NCBI GenBank assembly: GCA_963748015.1
Contig: CAVVHE010000008.1
Location: 448,001-512,000 of the forward strand
DNA from: Terriglobia bacterium
GTDB lineage: Bacteria; Acidobacteriota; Polarisedimenticolia; Polarisedimenticolales; JAIQFR01
Length of the DNA: 64,000 bases
Reading direction: 5' to 3'
The position numbers and the translations under genes are program-made. Positions 34,532 to 45,099 of this stretch are shown here, piece after piece. Each line of letters opens with the position of its first letter. The first letter of the stretch is position 1. Below the pieces are notes generated by a model. It was not told the origin of the DNA and did not search any database. It saw only the letters and a list, made by a program, of their open reading frames with translations.

Positions 34532-35344
34532 ATGAACCGGCGACCGATCGGCGTGTTCGATTCCGGCGTGGGCGGGCTGACCGTCTTCAAGGCGCTCGAG
34601 GCGGCGCTTCCCGCCGAGTGCTTCGTCTACCTCGGCGACACCGCGCGCGTCCCCTACGGCCCGAAGTCGCCCGAGACGGTGAGCCGCTACGGGATCGAGG
34701 CCGCGCGGTTCCTCAAGAAGCACGACGTGAAGCTGCTGGTCGTCGCCTGCAACACGGTGTCGGCCGTGGCGATGGACGAGGTGGCCGAGGAGGCGCGCGT
34801 GCCGGTGATCGGCGTGATCCTGCCGGGGGCCCGCCGCGCGGTGAAGCTGACGAAGCGCGGGCGGATCGGCGTGATCGGCACCCGCGCCACCGTCGCGAGC
34901 GAGGCGTACCCCCGCGCGATCCTCGCGCTGAAGCAAGAGGCCGAGGTGTTCAGCTCGCCGTGCCCGCTGTTCGTGCCGCTCGCGGAGGAGGGGTGGACGG
35001 ACAACGACGTCGCGCGGAGCGTGGCGGCGACCTACCTCGCGTCGCTCAAGGAAGCGGGGGTGGACACGGTGGTGCTCGGTTGCACGCACTACCCGCTCCT
35101 CAAGGGAGTGATCGGCGACGTCATGGGGCCGGACGTCGAGCTGGTGGATTCCGCCGAGGCGGTCGCGGCCGAGGTCAAGGACTGGCTCGCGCGCGAGAGC
35201 GACCTCGCGGCGCCCCACGGCGAGGCGAAGCCCGCCGACAGGTTCTACGTCACCGACTCGCCCGCGCCGTTCGCGTCGGTGGCGGAGCGGTTTCTCGGCC
35301 GTCCCGTCAGCCTGATCGGGCGCGCCCGGGTCGCGGGGGAATGA
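34532..35344 (+). CDS. murI: Glutamate racemase
   Basis: [27 protein letters not shown] and LGCTHYP motifs. Confidence 0.97.
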   Translation: MNRRPIGVFDSGVGGLTVFKALEAALPAECFVYLGDTARVPYGPKSPETVSRYGIEAARFLKKHDVKLLVVACNTVSAVAMDEVAEEARVPVIGVILPGARRAVKLTKRGRIGVIGTRATVASEAYPRAILALKQEAEVFSSPCPLFVPLAEEGWTDNDVARSVAATYLASLKEAGVDTVVLGCTHYPLLKGVIGDVMGPDVELVDSAEAVAAEVKDWLARESDLAAPHGEAKPADRFYVTDSPAPFASVAERFLGRPVSLIGRARVAGE

Positions 35345-35345
35345 G

Positions 35346-36092
35346 ATGGGAAGGCACGACGGGCGGAAATCGGACGAGCTTAGGTGCGTGACGATCGAGC
35401 CGGGGTACCTGCGGTTCCCCGACGGTTCGGTCCTGATCGGCGTCGGCGACACGCGGGTCGTGTGCGCGGCGACGCTCGAGGACAAGGTCCCGCCGTTTCT
35501 CAAGGACACGAAGCAGGGCTGGGTCACCGGGGAGTACGCGATGCTCCCCGCGGCGACCCAGACGAGGTCCCAGCGCGAGATCACCCGCGGGAGGCCGTCG
35601 GGCCGGACCATGGAGATCCAGCGGCTGATCGGCCGGGCGCTCCGGAGCGTCGTGGACCGCACGGCGCTGGGCGAGCGCACGATCTGGATCGACTGCGACG
35701 TGATCCAGGCCGACGGCGGCACGCGGACCGCGGGGATCACCGGCGGGTTCGTCGCCATGTGCCTCGCCCTCGACAAGCTGCGGGAGAAGAAGATCCTGAC
35801 GCGCCCGGTGCTGACGGGGACGATCGCCGCGATCTCGGTGGGGATCGTCGAGGGGCAGCCGGCGCTGGACCTCGACTACGTCGAGGACTCGGCGGCCGAG
35901 GTGGACATGAACGTGGTCCGGACCGACGACGGCAGGTACGTCGAGATCCAGGGGACCGCGGAGTCGACACCGTTCCGCCGCGACCGCCTCGGCGAGCTGC
36001 TGACGCTGGCCGACCTCGGGATCGACCAGCTCCAGGCGAAGCAGCGCGAGGTGCTCGGGGACAGGCTCGCGCGCCTTCTGATCCCGCGGTGA
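35346..36092 (+). CDS. rph: Ribonuclease PH
   Basis: [40 protein letters not shown] and EIQGTAE motifs. Confidence 0.97.
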   Translation: MGRHDGRKSDELRCVTIEPGYLRFPDGSVLIGVGDTRVVCAATLEDKVPPFLKDTKQGWVTGEYAMLPAATQTRSQREITRGRPSGRTMEIQRLIGRALRSVVDRTALGERTIWIDCDVIQADGGTRTAGITGGFVAMCLALDKLREKKILTRPVLTGTIAAISVGIVEGQPALDLDYVEDSAAEVDMNVVRTDDGRYVEIQGTAESTPFRRDRLGELLTLADLGIDQLQAKQREVLGDRLARLLIPR

Positions 36093-36691
36093 GCCGCCTC
36101 GTCGTCGCCACGCTGAACCCCGGCAAGCTGCGGGAGTTCGCGGCGGCGCTTGCGGGGAGCGGCATCGAGGTCGCCGGTCTCGACGCGCTCGGCGACCGCG
36201 CGGCGGTGGAGGAGACCGGCGCGACCTTCGAGGAGAACGCGCGGATCAAGGCGGAGGCGTACTCGGCGCGGACCGCGCTGCCGGTCGTCGCCGACGACTC
36301 CGGGCTCGAGGTGGATGCGCTCGGCGGCGAGCCCGGCGTGCGCTCCGCGCGCTACGGCGGCGAGGGGCTCGACGACGCCGGCCGCTGCCGCCTGGTGCTC
36401 GAGCGCCTCCGCGGCGTGCCCGAGGTAGAGCGCACCGCGCGCTTCCGCTGCGTCCTCGCGGTCGCGCGGGCGGGGCGGACGCTCGCCGTCTTCGACGGCG
36501 CGGTCGAGGGACGGATCCTCGACGAGCCCCGCGGCGCCAACGGCTTCGGCTACGACCCGATCTTCTTCCACCCCGGCGCCGCCCGGACCTTCGCCGAGCT
36601 GACCCGCGCGGAGAAGGAGGCCCTCTCCCACCGCGGCGAGGCGATCCGGCGACTGGTCGCCGCGGTCCGGAGCGGCGCGCTGGCGCTGTAG
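36089..36691 (+). CDS. rdgB: dITP/XTP pyrophosphatase (Ham1 family)
   Basis: GTG overlaps the rph TGA (GTGA). [55 protein letters not shown] and SHRG motifs. Confidence 0.95.
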   Translation: MSRLVVATLNPGKLREFAAALAGSGIEVAGLDALGDRAAVEETGATFEENARIKAEAYSARTALPVVADDSGLEVDALGGEPGVRSARYGGEGLDDAGRCRLVLERLRGVPEVERTARFRCVLAVARAGRTLAVFDGAVEGRILDEPRGANGFGYDPIFFHPGAARTFAELTRAEKEALSHRGEAIRRLVAAVRSGALAL

Positions 36692-36731
36692 GCCCGCCCG
36701 CCGCCGCCGAGGCCCTCGCCGCCCCGCCAAG

Positions 36732-36761
36732 TTGACGCCTCCCGGTCCCCGATGGTAAATT
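36732..36761 (+). promoter_or_regulatory. Probable sigma70 promoter of tRNA-Asn
   Basis: TTGACG, 18 nt, then TAAATT preceded by TGG (extended -10), about 30 nt upstream of the tRNA. Confidence 0.55.
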
Positions 36762-36793
36762 TGCCCGGGCACGCACGGTGCCCCGTCAAGTGT

Positions 36794-36869
<76 letters not shown>

Positions 36870-37151
36870 GATCACCCAGTTACAGACTCCGACCGAGTGG
36901 TTGACAGCCTAGCTCCGAATCTCCGGCACTTTAGCTCCCACATCTGCGAAGCGCTCGACCTCTCCCGAGCGCAAGATAACGTGCGGCAAGTTTCGCACTC
37001 TTTAGGGGCAACCCTCCATCTGGTCTACTTGGAGTCGCCGAAGACCAAGGCCAGGAGTTCATCGCCGCGAGAGAGCTGATTCGACGCGGGCACGAGCGCC
37101 CGCGATCGGCGTGCTGAGCCGGGCTCCGGGTGATTCGCCGAGGAAACGACC

Positions 37152-38127
37152 TTGAGGACCAAGCCGACCAACGACGAAGAAAGGCATCCAGTGGCTGCTG
37201 GATCACGACCAGCCGGCGATCCGGTATCTCGCGCTGACGCGCCTTCTCGACCGGCCCGCGCGCGACCCCGAGGTGCGGTCGGCGCGCAAGGCGATCCCGG
37301 AGCGCGGCTGGGCCGCCGACATCCTCGCCCGGCAGGACAGGGGCGGCTGGTGGGTCGGCGACGGGAGCCTCTACCGCCCGAAGTACCTCGCCACCAACTG
37401 GATGCTGCTGGTCCTCTCCGACCTCGGGTTGACCCGGGCGCACCGGGGAATCCGCGCGGCCTGCGAGCTGTGGCTCGATCGGTTCGCCAAGGAGGACGGC
37501 GGGTTCGCGATGGACGGGTCCAAGGAGAGCCACCTGTGCACCACCGGCAACATGGCGCGCGCGCTGGTGCGCTTCGGATACGGGGACCACCCGAAGGTGA
37601 CGAGCGCTTTCGAGTGGCTGGCAAGGAACCGCGACAAGAAGGGCGGCTGGAGCTGCTTCGGCAGCGGCCGGAACCTCGACTCCTGGGAACCCCTGAGCGC
37701 GTTCGCGGTCTACCCGCGCGCGCGGTGGACCGAGGAGATGAAGGAGGCCGTGGCGCTCGGCTGCGAGTTCTTCCTCGAGCGGGAGCTGCACCTGCAAGGC
37801 GAGGAGTACCCGCCCTGGTATCGCTTCCACTATCCGGTCCACTACTACTACGACGTCCTCGTCGGGCTCGACTTCATGACGGCGCTCGGCCACGGGCGCG
37901 ATCCACGGCTCGAGTTCGCCGTCTCCCTCCTCGAGAAGAAGCGGCGCCGCGACGGCCGCTGGAACCTCGACGCCATCCATCCCGACGTCGAGGGCGGCAT
38001 GGAGCGCTGGTTTCGCCAGCACCCGAAGCAGGTGCCCACGCCGTTCGCGCTCGAAGAGCTCGGCCGGCCGAGCGCGATGATCACCCTCACCGCCCTCTCG
38101 GTCCTGAGGCGATTGCACGAGGCCTAG
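37152..38127 (+). CDS. Prenyltransferase/squalene-cyclase-like alpha-barrel protein; likely +1 frameshift at ~37170
   Basis: The frame of ORF 37273..38127 extends upstream as KKGIQWLLDHDQPAIRYLALTRLLD with no start codon. A TTG with a GAGGA RBS at 37152 lies in the adjacent frame. QW-like repeats (QDRGGWW, KEDGGF, DKKGGWSC) and FHYPVHYYYDVL. Confidence 0.7.
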
Positions 38128-38287
38128 CGATCGGATTCCTCCGGCCGCCTCGCGCCCCGCCCCGATCTTCTTCACCTGCCGACGTAAGTTCCTGTTCCCT
38201 ATCGGGAACGAGTCTTTCCCTTTCTGGGCGCGGATCTCTCGGCCTTTCCGCCGGCCGGCGAAGCGAGGATGTAATGCGTTTGGACGA

Positions 38288-38316
38288 TTGACAGCGCATC
38301 GCGCGACGGGTACCTA
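38288..38316 (+). promoter_or_regulatory. Probable sigma70 promoter
   Basis: TTGACA, 17 nt, TACCTA. Confidence 0.5.
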
Positions 38317-38551
38317 CAGAGCAGCAAGAGCGTACCTCGCGGTGGGCGTTCGAGGTCGCCAGGCGCTTCGGGTCCCTGGCATTCCAGGGCTCAACAAAAC
38401 CAACGCGAAGAGCGCCCGCCGCGATCTTCCAAGGTGGGAAGGAGGTGAGCAGGTTGCACGGGACAAGGAGGGGGAGGAGCCGACGGTATGGGTGATTCAG
38501 AGCGGCGCGGCGAGACGCGACCGCGGCTCCCGCGCAGGCAGGGAGGGTGCC

Positions 38552-39781
38552 ATGAAAAGAGGACACGTGCGCATCGAGCGCTGGATCGCGGTGGGGATCG
38601 TGCTCGCGCTGACCGTTCTCACGGTGGGAGCATCGTTCGCCGCCGTTCCGCAGGGCGAGAAGCGCCGCCCCGTCGCGGTCCTGCAGGGCGCGGACGAGCC
38701 GATCACGCCGCCAATCCAAGCACCTCTCCCGCGGAAGGTCGAGAGCGACCTCGCGCAAGGGGTGTTCCACTTCCCGCTGCACAACGGGAACGAGTGGATC
38801 TACGAGAAGCGCGATCTGGCCGGGAACGAGACCAGCTGGAAGGTCGTCGTGACCGAACGCAACCCCGGCGATGGCGCCGGCTTCGTGCTCAACGGCTACT
38901 TCGGCGACGGCCGCGTCGTGGCCTACGGCGAGGGAGGCGAGGTCGCCGAGCTCGCCTCCGGCGGCCCGGACCTCGTCTGGTACAGGCTGGGCACCAGCAA
39001 GGGGACGAGCTGGAAGCTGGGGTTCGTGCAAGAGCCGCTCGGCTGCCTGGACGGCTCCGAGGCGGTCCTTGCCGCCCATGACGAGAGGGTCAACGTCCCG
39101 GCCGGCGAGTTCATCAACGCGATTCGAGTGGACTACAAGTCCCCGTGCGGCGACCTGGGAGGACTCGTCTCCGAGTGGTTCGCCGAGAACGTGGGACTGG
39201 TCATGCGGATCGAGAACACGGCCTGGGGGCCCGTCGTCAGCACGCTCCTGAGCGCCAAGGTGGGTGACCTGGTGCTCCCGGAGCACCCCAGTGCGACGTC
39301 GCTCACCCACGACGCCGAGGTGTACCACGTCACGGGCTCCGGCACGGTGGCGCCCAAACTGCAGGGCGATTTCCGCGTGAACAACCGGACCAGCGACGTC
39401 GAAACGTGGGACTTCATGGGGTGCGTCAGCGCGACTTGGACCTTGGTGGAGGAGAACACCGGGGTGACCGTCCTCGAGGGGCGCGTGGATGACGGAGGGA
39501 ACTGCGGTCCCGCCGAGCCGCCGCCCTCCGGTGACGTCGGGGGCGACGAAGGCGGACCCGTCCCCATCGAAACGCTGCCCGGCGACTGGGGCGGCGGGAT
39601 CATGACGGTCTCGATCCACGGCGAGAGCCTGGTCCTCCCCATCGACCTCGTCCTCGCCTATCCCAACGGGACCCCGTTGCCCGCCGGCCACTACTACCTG
39701 AAAATGACGCTCGACGCGCTCGAGCACCCGAACGGGAGGCCGTCCGCAAGCACGCACATCCAGGTCGTCTCGACTCCGTGA
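38552..39781 (+). CDS. Secreted hypothetical protein
   Basis: GGGAGG RBS before ATG 38552 and a signal peptide. FPLHNGNEWIY...VNVPAGEF...EWFAENVGLV beta-rich domain plus a C-terminal Ig-like region. Confidence 0.75.
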   Translation: MKRGHVRIERWIAVGIVLALTVLTVGASFAAVPQGEKRRPVAVLQGADEPITPPIQAPLPRKVESDLAQGVFHFPLHNGNEWIYEKRDLAGNETSWKVVVTERNPGDGAGFVLNGYFGDGRVVAYGEGGEVAELASGGPDLVWYRLGTSKGTSWKLGFVQEPLGCLDGSEAVLAAHDERVNVPAGEFINAIRVDYKSPCGDLGGLVSEWFAENVGLVMRIENTAWGPVVSTLLSAKVGDLVLPEHPSATSLTHDAEVYHVTGSGTVAPKLQGDFRVNNRTSDVETWDFMGCVSATWTLVEENTGVTVLEGRVDDGGNCGPAEPPPSGDVGGDEGGPVPIETLPGDWGGGIMTVSIHGESLVLPIDLVLAYPNGTPLPAGHYYLKMTLDALEHPNGRPSASTHIQVVSTP

Positions 39782-39828
39782 ACCCCGCTCGCGCACCGGG
39801 CGGACACGCCGCCCGGACCGCGGGAACC

Positions 39829-39860
39829 GAAAAGGGGGCCGAAAGGCCCCCTTCGCGTTT
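39829..39860. terminator. Probable bidirectional terminator
   Basis: AAGGGGGCC-GAAA-GGCCCCCTT hairpin between convergent genes. A4 on the left gives a U-tract on the minus strand. Confidence 0.7.
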
Positions 39861-39869
39861 CATCCGCGC

Positions 39870-40490
39870 TCAGTGAGATTGGGCGAGGAAGGCCAGCACG
39901 GCCTCGAGGCGCCGGTGCAGGCCCAGCTTCTTCAGGATCCTCTGCACGTGCGTCCGCACCGTCACCGGAGAGATGTGGAGGACGGCGGCGATGGAGGCTG
40001 TCTTGAGGCCCCGCGCGAGCAGGTGAAGGACCTCCATCTCCCGCGCGGAGATCCGGGAGGGAAGGACGACGACGTCGTCCCCCCGCGCGGCCTCGCGCGG
40101 GTCTCTCCAGAGGACGTCGGGCGGCCGGGCGGGCAGCAGAAGGTGCAACGCGTCCTGCCTTCCCCCCGGGGGTTGCTCGAGAAGAAACGTGAGCAGCTCG
40201 ACGTCGGTGGGGTGGGGGCCGCGGGTCCGGAGAACGACCCGGTCGAGCGGTCCGAGACGGCCCGTGCGCGCCTGGTGACGGATCGGGCAGTCCGGCCCGC
40301 AGAACGGCTCGCCGTCCGGTGTCTCGAAGCGGCCGACCGTCCAGCAGGGCCTTCCCTCCGCCAGGACGGTCGCCGTTCCGAGCAGCCGCGCGGCGGCAGG
40401 ATTGCAGAAGCACACCCTTCCGTCCGCGCTCGAGAGGAGGACGCCGTGGGAAGACCCCTTCAGGGCCTCGACGGGAACGACACCACGCAT
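39870..40490 (-). CDS. PAS-domain LuxR-family transcriptional regulator
   Basis: N-terminal PAS-like region (DGRVCFCNPAAARLLG) and C-terminal ISAREMEVLHLLARG...IAAVLHISPVTVRTHVQRILKKLG HTH. Confidence 0.9.
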   Translation of the reverse strand: MRGVVPVEALKGSSHGVLLSSADGRVCFCNPAAARLLGTATVLAEGRPCWTVGRFETPDGEPFCGPDCPIRHQARTGRLGPLDRVVLRTRGPHPTDVELLTFLLEQPPGGRQDALHLLLPARPPDVLWRDPREAARGDDVVVLPSRISAREMEVLHLLARGLKTASIAAVLHISPVTVRTHVQRILKKLGLHRRLEAVLAFLAQSH

Positions 40491-40663
40491 CGCCCGGGAC
40501 CTGTGCTTTCTACTGATTGAGATACGATTCGCCGAGGCCGGCGGAAGCGTTTTCTGGGGTGCAGCGGGGAGGTCGCGCCTCCCGCGGGGCGCGGCTCATC
40601 GAGGACAGGAGAGCTTGCCTCCTCGAAACTCGAAGTCTCTCCGCAAGGTCCTTGGAAGGCCGG

Positions 40664-41461
40664 CTATCCCCGTCCCATCGCGGAGCCGATCGACGCGACG
40701 GCTCCCGCCAGCGCGTTCGTGAGCACCCCAACCTCGGAATTGAAGCTGACGAGTCTCATTCCCTTGCCCGCCCATTGGGATGCGAGCGCCAAATCGTTCA
40801 TGTGAATCGCGGGGTACACCCCGTGACGGCCGCACGCCTCGATGACGGAGCCGATGGCGGATACGAGGAGAGGATCGGTCAGCTTGCCGGCGATCCCCAG
40901 CGCGACCGAGAGATCCGTCGGCCCGACGAGCGCGACGTCCACTCCCTCGATGCCCAGGATCTCGTCCACCCGCTCGAGAGCCTCCTTCGTCTCGATCTGG
41001 ACGACCAGCATCGACTCCTCGTTCGCGTCCCTCATGGCGTCGACGACCGATCCCGATTTCAGGTCGGTGTGACCGCGCCCGACCACGCTTCCTCTCCGTC
41101 CGATCGGCGGGTACTTCATCATCCGGAGGATCTCCTCCACTTGCCGCGGCTCCGTCACCCGGGGGGCCATGATGGCCTGCGCGCCCCCGTCGAGAGGCTG
41201 CACGACGTGGGCATAGGACCACTCGGGGACCCGGACGATCGGCGTGACGCCGAGGTGCCTCGCCGCGCGAGCGAGATCGCAGACGGTCTCGATGTTGAAC
41301 GTGCCGTGCTCGTTGTCGACGATGACGAAGTCGAGGCCGGCGTTCGACATCACCTGCATCACCGACGCCTGCCGGATCTCGGCGATCATCGTGCCGATCG
41401 CCGACTTCCCTTCGTGGAGGATCTTCTTGAGTCGATTCGACGGGATGATCGATGGCGTCAT
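40664..41461 (-). CDS. HpcH/HpaI aldolase family protein
   Basis: GLDFVIVDNEHG, LDGGAQAIMAPRV, KYPPIGRRG, VQIET and VGPTDLS motifs. Confidence 0.9.
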   Translation of the reverse strand: MTPSIIPSNRLKKILHEGKSAIGTMIAEIRQASVMQVMSNAGLDFVIVDNEHGTFNIETVCDLARAARHLGVTPIVRVPEWSYAHVVQPLDGGAQAIMAPRVTEPRQVEEILRMMKYPPIGRRGSVVGRGHTDLKSGSVVDAMRDANEESMLVVQIETKEALERVDEILGIEGVDVALVGPTDLSVALGIAGKLTDPLLVSAIGSVIEACGRHGVYPAIHMNDLALASQWAGKGMRLVSFNSEVGVLTNALAGAVASIGSAMGRG

Positions 41462-41606
41462 GATCGGCTTCCTCCCCGAGAGAGACCCTGCTCGGTCCCA
41501 CCGGCCCCCGATTCTACCCGCACGGGGGAAGCGTCCGCCGATCGCTTCGTCCTCCTCCCCGGGAAGCGTAGAATCCGGGAAGGGAAACGGGACTCAGGAG
41601 GATGCC

Positions 41607-42050
41607 ATGAACAGACGCGACTTCGTCGGACAGGCCGGCTGCGGGCTGGCCGCGCTCCTGGCCGCGACGGGCCTCCCCGCCGCAGAACAGAAGGCCGCAG
41701 AGCAGCTCACCAGCCCCGAAAAACCGGTCGTCGTTCCGCCCCGGAAGCGCTACCGGATCGATCTCGAGATCTTCGAAGCCCGTCCGGACACCTGGTGCCA
41801 CAAGAAAGGGGATACCTTCCGCTATCCGGAAGAATGGGGAAAGGTCTGTCCCTGGCTTCGAGGCAGTCTCAACGATTTCATCCGGATTCTCGAGACCGGC
41901 GGGACGCTTTCCTGGAGATACGAAGGGACGCCCTACGCGAAGGTCATCGACCCCGACGGCGTGACGACCGAATACGTGCGCTGCCCGGACCCGACCTCGA
42001 ACTTGGTGGTCAAGATCATTCGGACGAAGACCGAGCCGCCCTCGAGATGA
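41607..42050 (+). CDS. TIGR04076-like protein with a twin-arginine signal
   Basis: AGGAGG RBS, MNRRDFV Tat motif, and C-HKKGD.F, CPW and CPDP conserved cysteines. Confidence 0.7.
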   Translation: MNRRDFVGQAGCGLAALLAATGLPAAEQKAAEQLTSPEKPVVVPPRKRYRIDLEIFEARPDTWCHKKGDTFRYPEEWGKVCPWLRGSLNDFIRILETGGTLSWRYEGTPYAKVIDPDGVTTEYVRCPDPTSNLVVKIIRTKTEPPSR

Positions 42051-42123
42051 GCCTCGAGAAGTCTCGGCGAGGCGCGCGCAAGACGCGCGCGGCGATCATG
42101 CACGACACTGGAAGGGGCTTACC

Positions 42124-45036
42124 ATGTCGGGTCGTTCCGCTGCAATCCTCCGGTTCTGCGCGGTAAACGCCGTCGCGCTCGGTGCCTGTACCTGTCTTTC
42201 AGCGCAGGGAACGGCCGTCTCCTCTCCATCCGTGACGGAGCGGGTGCGTCAGTACAGGATCCAGCACGACGTGGCGATCGTCAGGGAATTCGGCGGGCTG
42301 CTCTCGATCCCGAACGTTCAATCCGACACCGCGAACATCCGAAGGAACGCGGACCTCCTGAGAGCGATGCTCGAGCGCCGCGGGCTTCGCACCCGGCTTC
42401 TCGAGACCGACGGCGCGCCCCCGGCGGTCTATGGGGAGCTGTCGTCGCCCGGGGCGGCTCGAACCGTGGCGATCTACGCGCACTACGACGGCCAGCCGGC
42501 CGATCCCGCACTCTGGAAGAGCGAGCCCTGGAAGGCGGTGCTCCGGGACGGCCGGCTGGAGGACGGCGGCCGCGACGTCGCGCTCGAGTCGGCACCTTCG
42601 CCTCTTCCCGGCGAGTGGCGTCTCTTCGCGCGCTCGGTCAGCGACGACAAGGCGCCCATCATGGCGTTGCTGGCCGCGCTCGACGCGCTTCGGGCGAACG
42701 GGATACAGCTCTCCGTCAACCTCAAGGTCCTGCTCGAGGGCGAGGAAGAGGCCGGCTCGCCCCACCTGAAGGCCTTGTTCGAGAAGCAGAAAGACCTCCT
42801 GAAGGCCGACGTGTGGCTCCTTTGCGACGGCCCGGTTCATCAGACCCGGCGCATGCAGCTGTACTTCGGGGCGCGCGGGATCACGGATCTGGGGCTGACC
42901 GTCTACGGCCCGGCCCAGTCCCTGCACAGCGGGCACTACGGCAACTGGGCGCCGAATCCCATCTCGCTGCTCGCGGGTCTCCTGGACAGCATGCGCGACG
43001 GCGAGGGGAAGATCCTCATCCCTCATTTCCTCGACGACGTCAGGCCCCTTACCGCCTCCGAGCGGGACGCCCTGGCGGAGATCCCGGCGGTGGAGGCGCA
43101 GCTACGCCAGGAGCTCGGGCTCGCCTGGAACGAGGGCGGCGAGGAGCCCCTGGCGAAGCGCATCCTGTATCCGGCCGTCAATTTCCGGGGGATCCGGTCG
43201 GGTCACGTCGGCGACGAGACGCAGAACGCGATCCCCACCGAGGCCGTCGCCTCCCTTGATTTCCGCCTGGTGCCGGACCAGACGCCGGGCCGCGTGCGGT
43301 CACTGGTCGAGGACCACATTCGCCGCCAGGGCTTCCACATCGTTTCCGAGACGCCGTCGATGGAGACTCGCCGGGTCCATCCCAGGATCGTCAAGCTGGC
43401 GTGGGGAGCGGGCTATCCCGCCGCGCGCACCTCCATGGACCTGCCGTTGTGCAAGGCCGTGGTGCGGGTCGTCGAGGAGGCCACGGGCGGGTCCGTGATC
43501 AAGATGCCCTCCCTGGGAGGCAGCGTGCCGATGTACCTGTTCGTCGAGCGGCTCGGGACCCCGGTGATCGGTTTCCCCATCGTCAATCACGACAACGGCC
43601 AGCACGCCTCCAACGAGAACCTGCGCCTGCAGAACCTGTGGGACGGGATCGAGCTGTTCGCCTCGGTGCTGGCGCGCTTGGGGCAACCGGCGGTCGCGCA
43701 GACTGCCGGGCCCGACGTCTTCGCCTTCGTCCGCGCGCTCGACGAGACGGCATCGCGAAGCTTGTGGCCGGGGTTCAACCCATCGAGTCTTCCCATCGCG
43801 CTGTTCAACGGGGAGAACACCCTCCTGCTACGGCATCCGAGCCCTCCGCCGGAATTCTCGCCGATGCCGGGCCGTCCCGGCGTCCTGATCGCGCCGGGGC
43901 GCTACCCGGCCGTCGTGTCGAACTCGACCCGCGACATCGCCGGCGTGCGGACGGCGACGGTGATCGCGACGCCCGCGCAGTCGGTCGAGAGCACGGCCCT
44001 GGCCACCGTGGAGGAGGTCTTTCACGTCTTCTGGCTCGGCCGGCACGCGTCGTTCCGTCCCGACGAGTCGGCGCGCTACGCGTACCCCGTCAAGGACGTG
44101 GAAAACCTCCGGCGTCTGCTCGCCGAGGACGAGGCCCTCGCGCGAGCGCTCGAGGCGGCCGAAACCGGCGAGGCCGCCCGGTGGTCGGCCGCCGCGCTCG
44201 CGATCCGCAGGGAACGGGTCCCCGCCCTGACGAAGGAGGCGCTCGCCTTCGAGACCTCGCTCGAGATGATGGAGGGAACCGCCAATTACGTCGCCAGGCG
44301 CGCCGTGGGCGAGCCGTCCGCGCGAACGGCGGAGCGCCTGCGCGCCGCGAGACCGGCGGAGGGCATCCGCTGGCGCTTCTACGACACGGGCGCGGCCGTG
44401 TGCCTGCTACTGGACCGGCTGGGTCCCGGTTGGCAGGGGCGCGTGGACCAGGAGCCGGATCTCACCATCGAGGAGCTGCTTGGATCGGCCCTGCGCGGCC
44501 GCGGCGTGGAGCCCGCCGCGTTCTCGAAGTCCGAGACCGAGACCTTCACGGCGAAGGCGGCGGCCGGCGTCGCGGAGCTGGGCGACCGCCAGCAGCGGCT
44601 TCGCGCCGGGTTGCTCGCGCGCGGCGGTGGCCGTGTCGTCGTCGAGCTCGCCGAGGGGGCCGAGGCGATCCGAGTCCAGCGTTTCGATCCGATCAACCTG
44701 ATGGTGCTCGACGCGGGAGAGATCGCGCACAACCACTTCCTCTCGCTCGTCGCTCCGCAGGGCACCGTCGAGCTGACCAATCCGGGCTTCGCGCGCAACA
44801 CGTTCGGCGGCGTGGTGGGCATCACGGTTCCCGCCGGCCGCCACCCGTTGAGCGACGGAGTCCGGCAATTGACGGTCGTGGGCATCGAGGGCGCGCCGAA
44901 GCTCGGCCGCGACGGCGAGACGGTCACCCTCGAGGCGCCCGGCGTCCGCCTCGCGCTCCGCGGCGTGGAGACGCGCGTCGATGGAGACCTCGTGCGTATC
45001 ACCGTGGGGAGACCGCCCCCTAGTGGAGGCCCGTAA
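42124..45036 (+). CDS. Secreted M20/M25/M40 metallopeptidase fused to an uncharacterised C-terminal domain
   Basis: YAHYDGQP, ARSVSDDKAP, EGEEEAGSP, LHSGHYGN and NHDNGQHASNEN motifs, followed by a further ~450 aa. Confidence 0.85.
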   Translation: MSGRSAAILRFCAVNAVALGACTCLSAQGTAVSSPSVTERVRQYRIQHDVAIVREFGGLLSIPNVQSDTANIRRNADLLRAMLERRGLRTRLLETDGAPPAVYGELSSPGAARTVAIYAHYDGQPADPALWKSEPWKAVLRDGRLEDGGRDVALESAPSPLPGEWRLFARSVSDDKAPIMALLAALDALRANGIQLSVNLKVLLEGEEEAGSPHLKALFEKQKDLLKADVWLLCDGPVHQTRRMQLYFGARGITDLGLTVYGPAQSLHSGHYGNWAPNPISLLAGLLDSMRDGEGKILIPHFLDDVRPLTASERDALAEIPAVEAQLRQELGLAWNEGGEEPLAKRILYPAVNFRGIRSGHVGDETQNAIPTEAVASLDFRLVPDQTPGRVRSLVEDHIRRQGFHIVSETPSMETRRVHPRIVKLAWGAGYPAARTSMDLPLCKAVVRVVEEATGGSVIKMPSLGGSVPMYLFVERLGTPVIGFPIVNHDNGQHASNENLRLQNLWDGIELFASVLARLGQPAVAQTAGPDVFAFVRALDETASRSLWPGFNPSSLPIALFNGENTLLLRHPSPPPEFSPMPGRPGVLIAPGRYPAVVSNSTRDIAGVRTATVIATPAQSVESTALATVEEVFHVFWLGRHASFRPDESARYAYPVKDVENLRRLLAEDEALARALEAAETGEAARWSAAALAIRRERVPALTKEALAFETSLEMMEGTANYVARRAVGEPSARTAERLRAARPAEGIRWRFYDTGAAVCLLLDRLGPGWQGRVDQEPDLTIEELLGSALRGRGVEPAAFSKSETETFTAKAAAGVAELGDRQQRLRAGLLARGGGRVVVELAEGAEAIRVQRFDPINLMVLDAGEIAHNHFLSLVAPQGTVELTNPGFARNTFGGVVGITVPAGRHPLSDGVRQLTVVGIEGAPKLGRDGETVTLEAPGVRLALRGVETRVDGDLVRITVGRPPPSGGP

Positions 45037-45099
45037 AGCGCGGGCGGCGGAGGACGCGTTGGAGTATCGTCCTATGGAACGCTTCTCCGAGGAGGATCC

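Noticed and set aside
36897..37079. 60-aa ORF after the tRNA
   Set aside because: No clear RBS, atypical composition and no recognisable motif.
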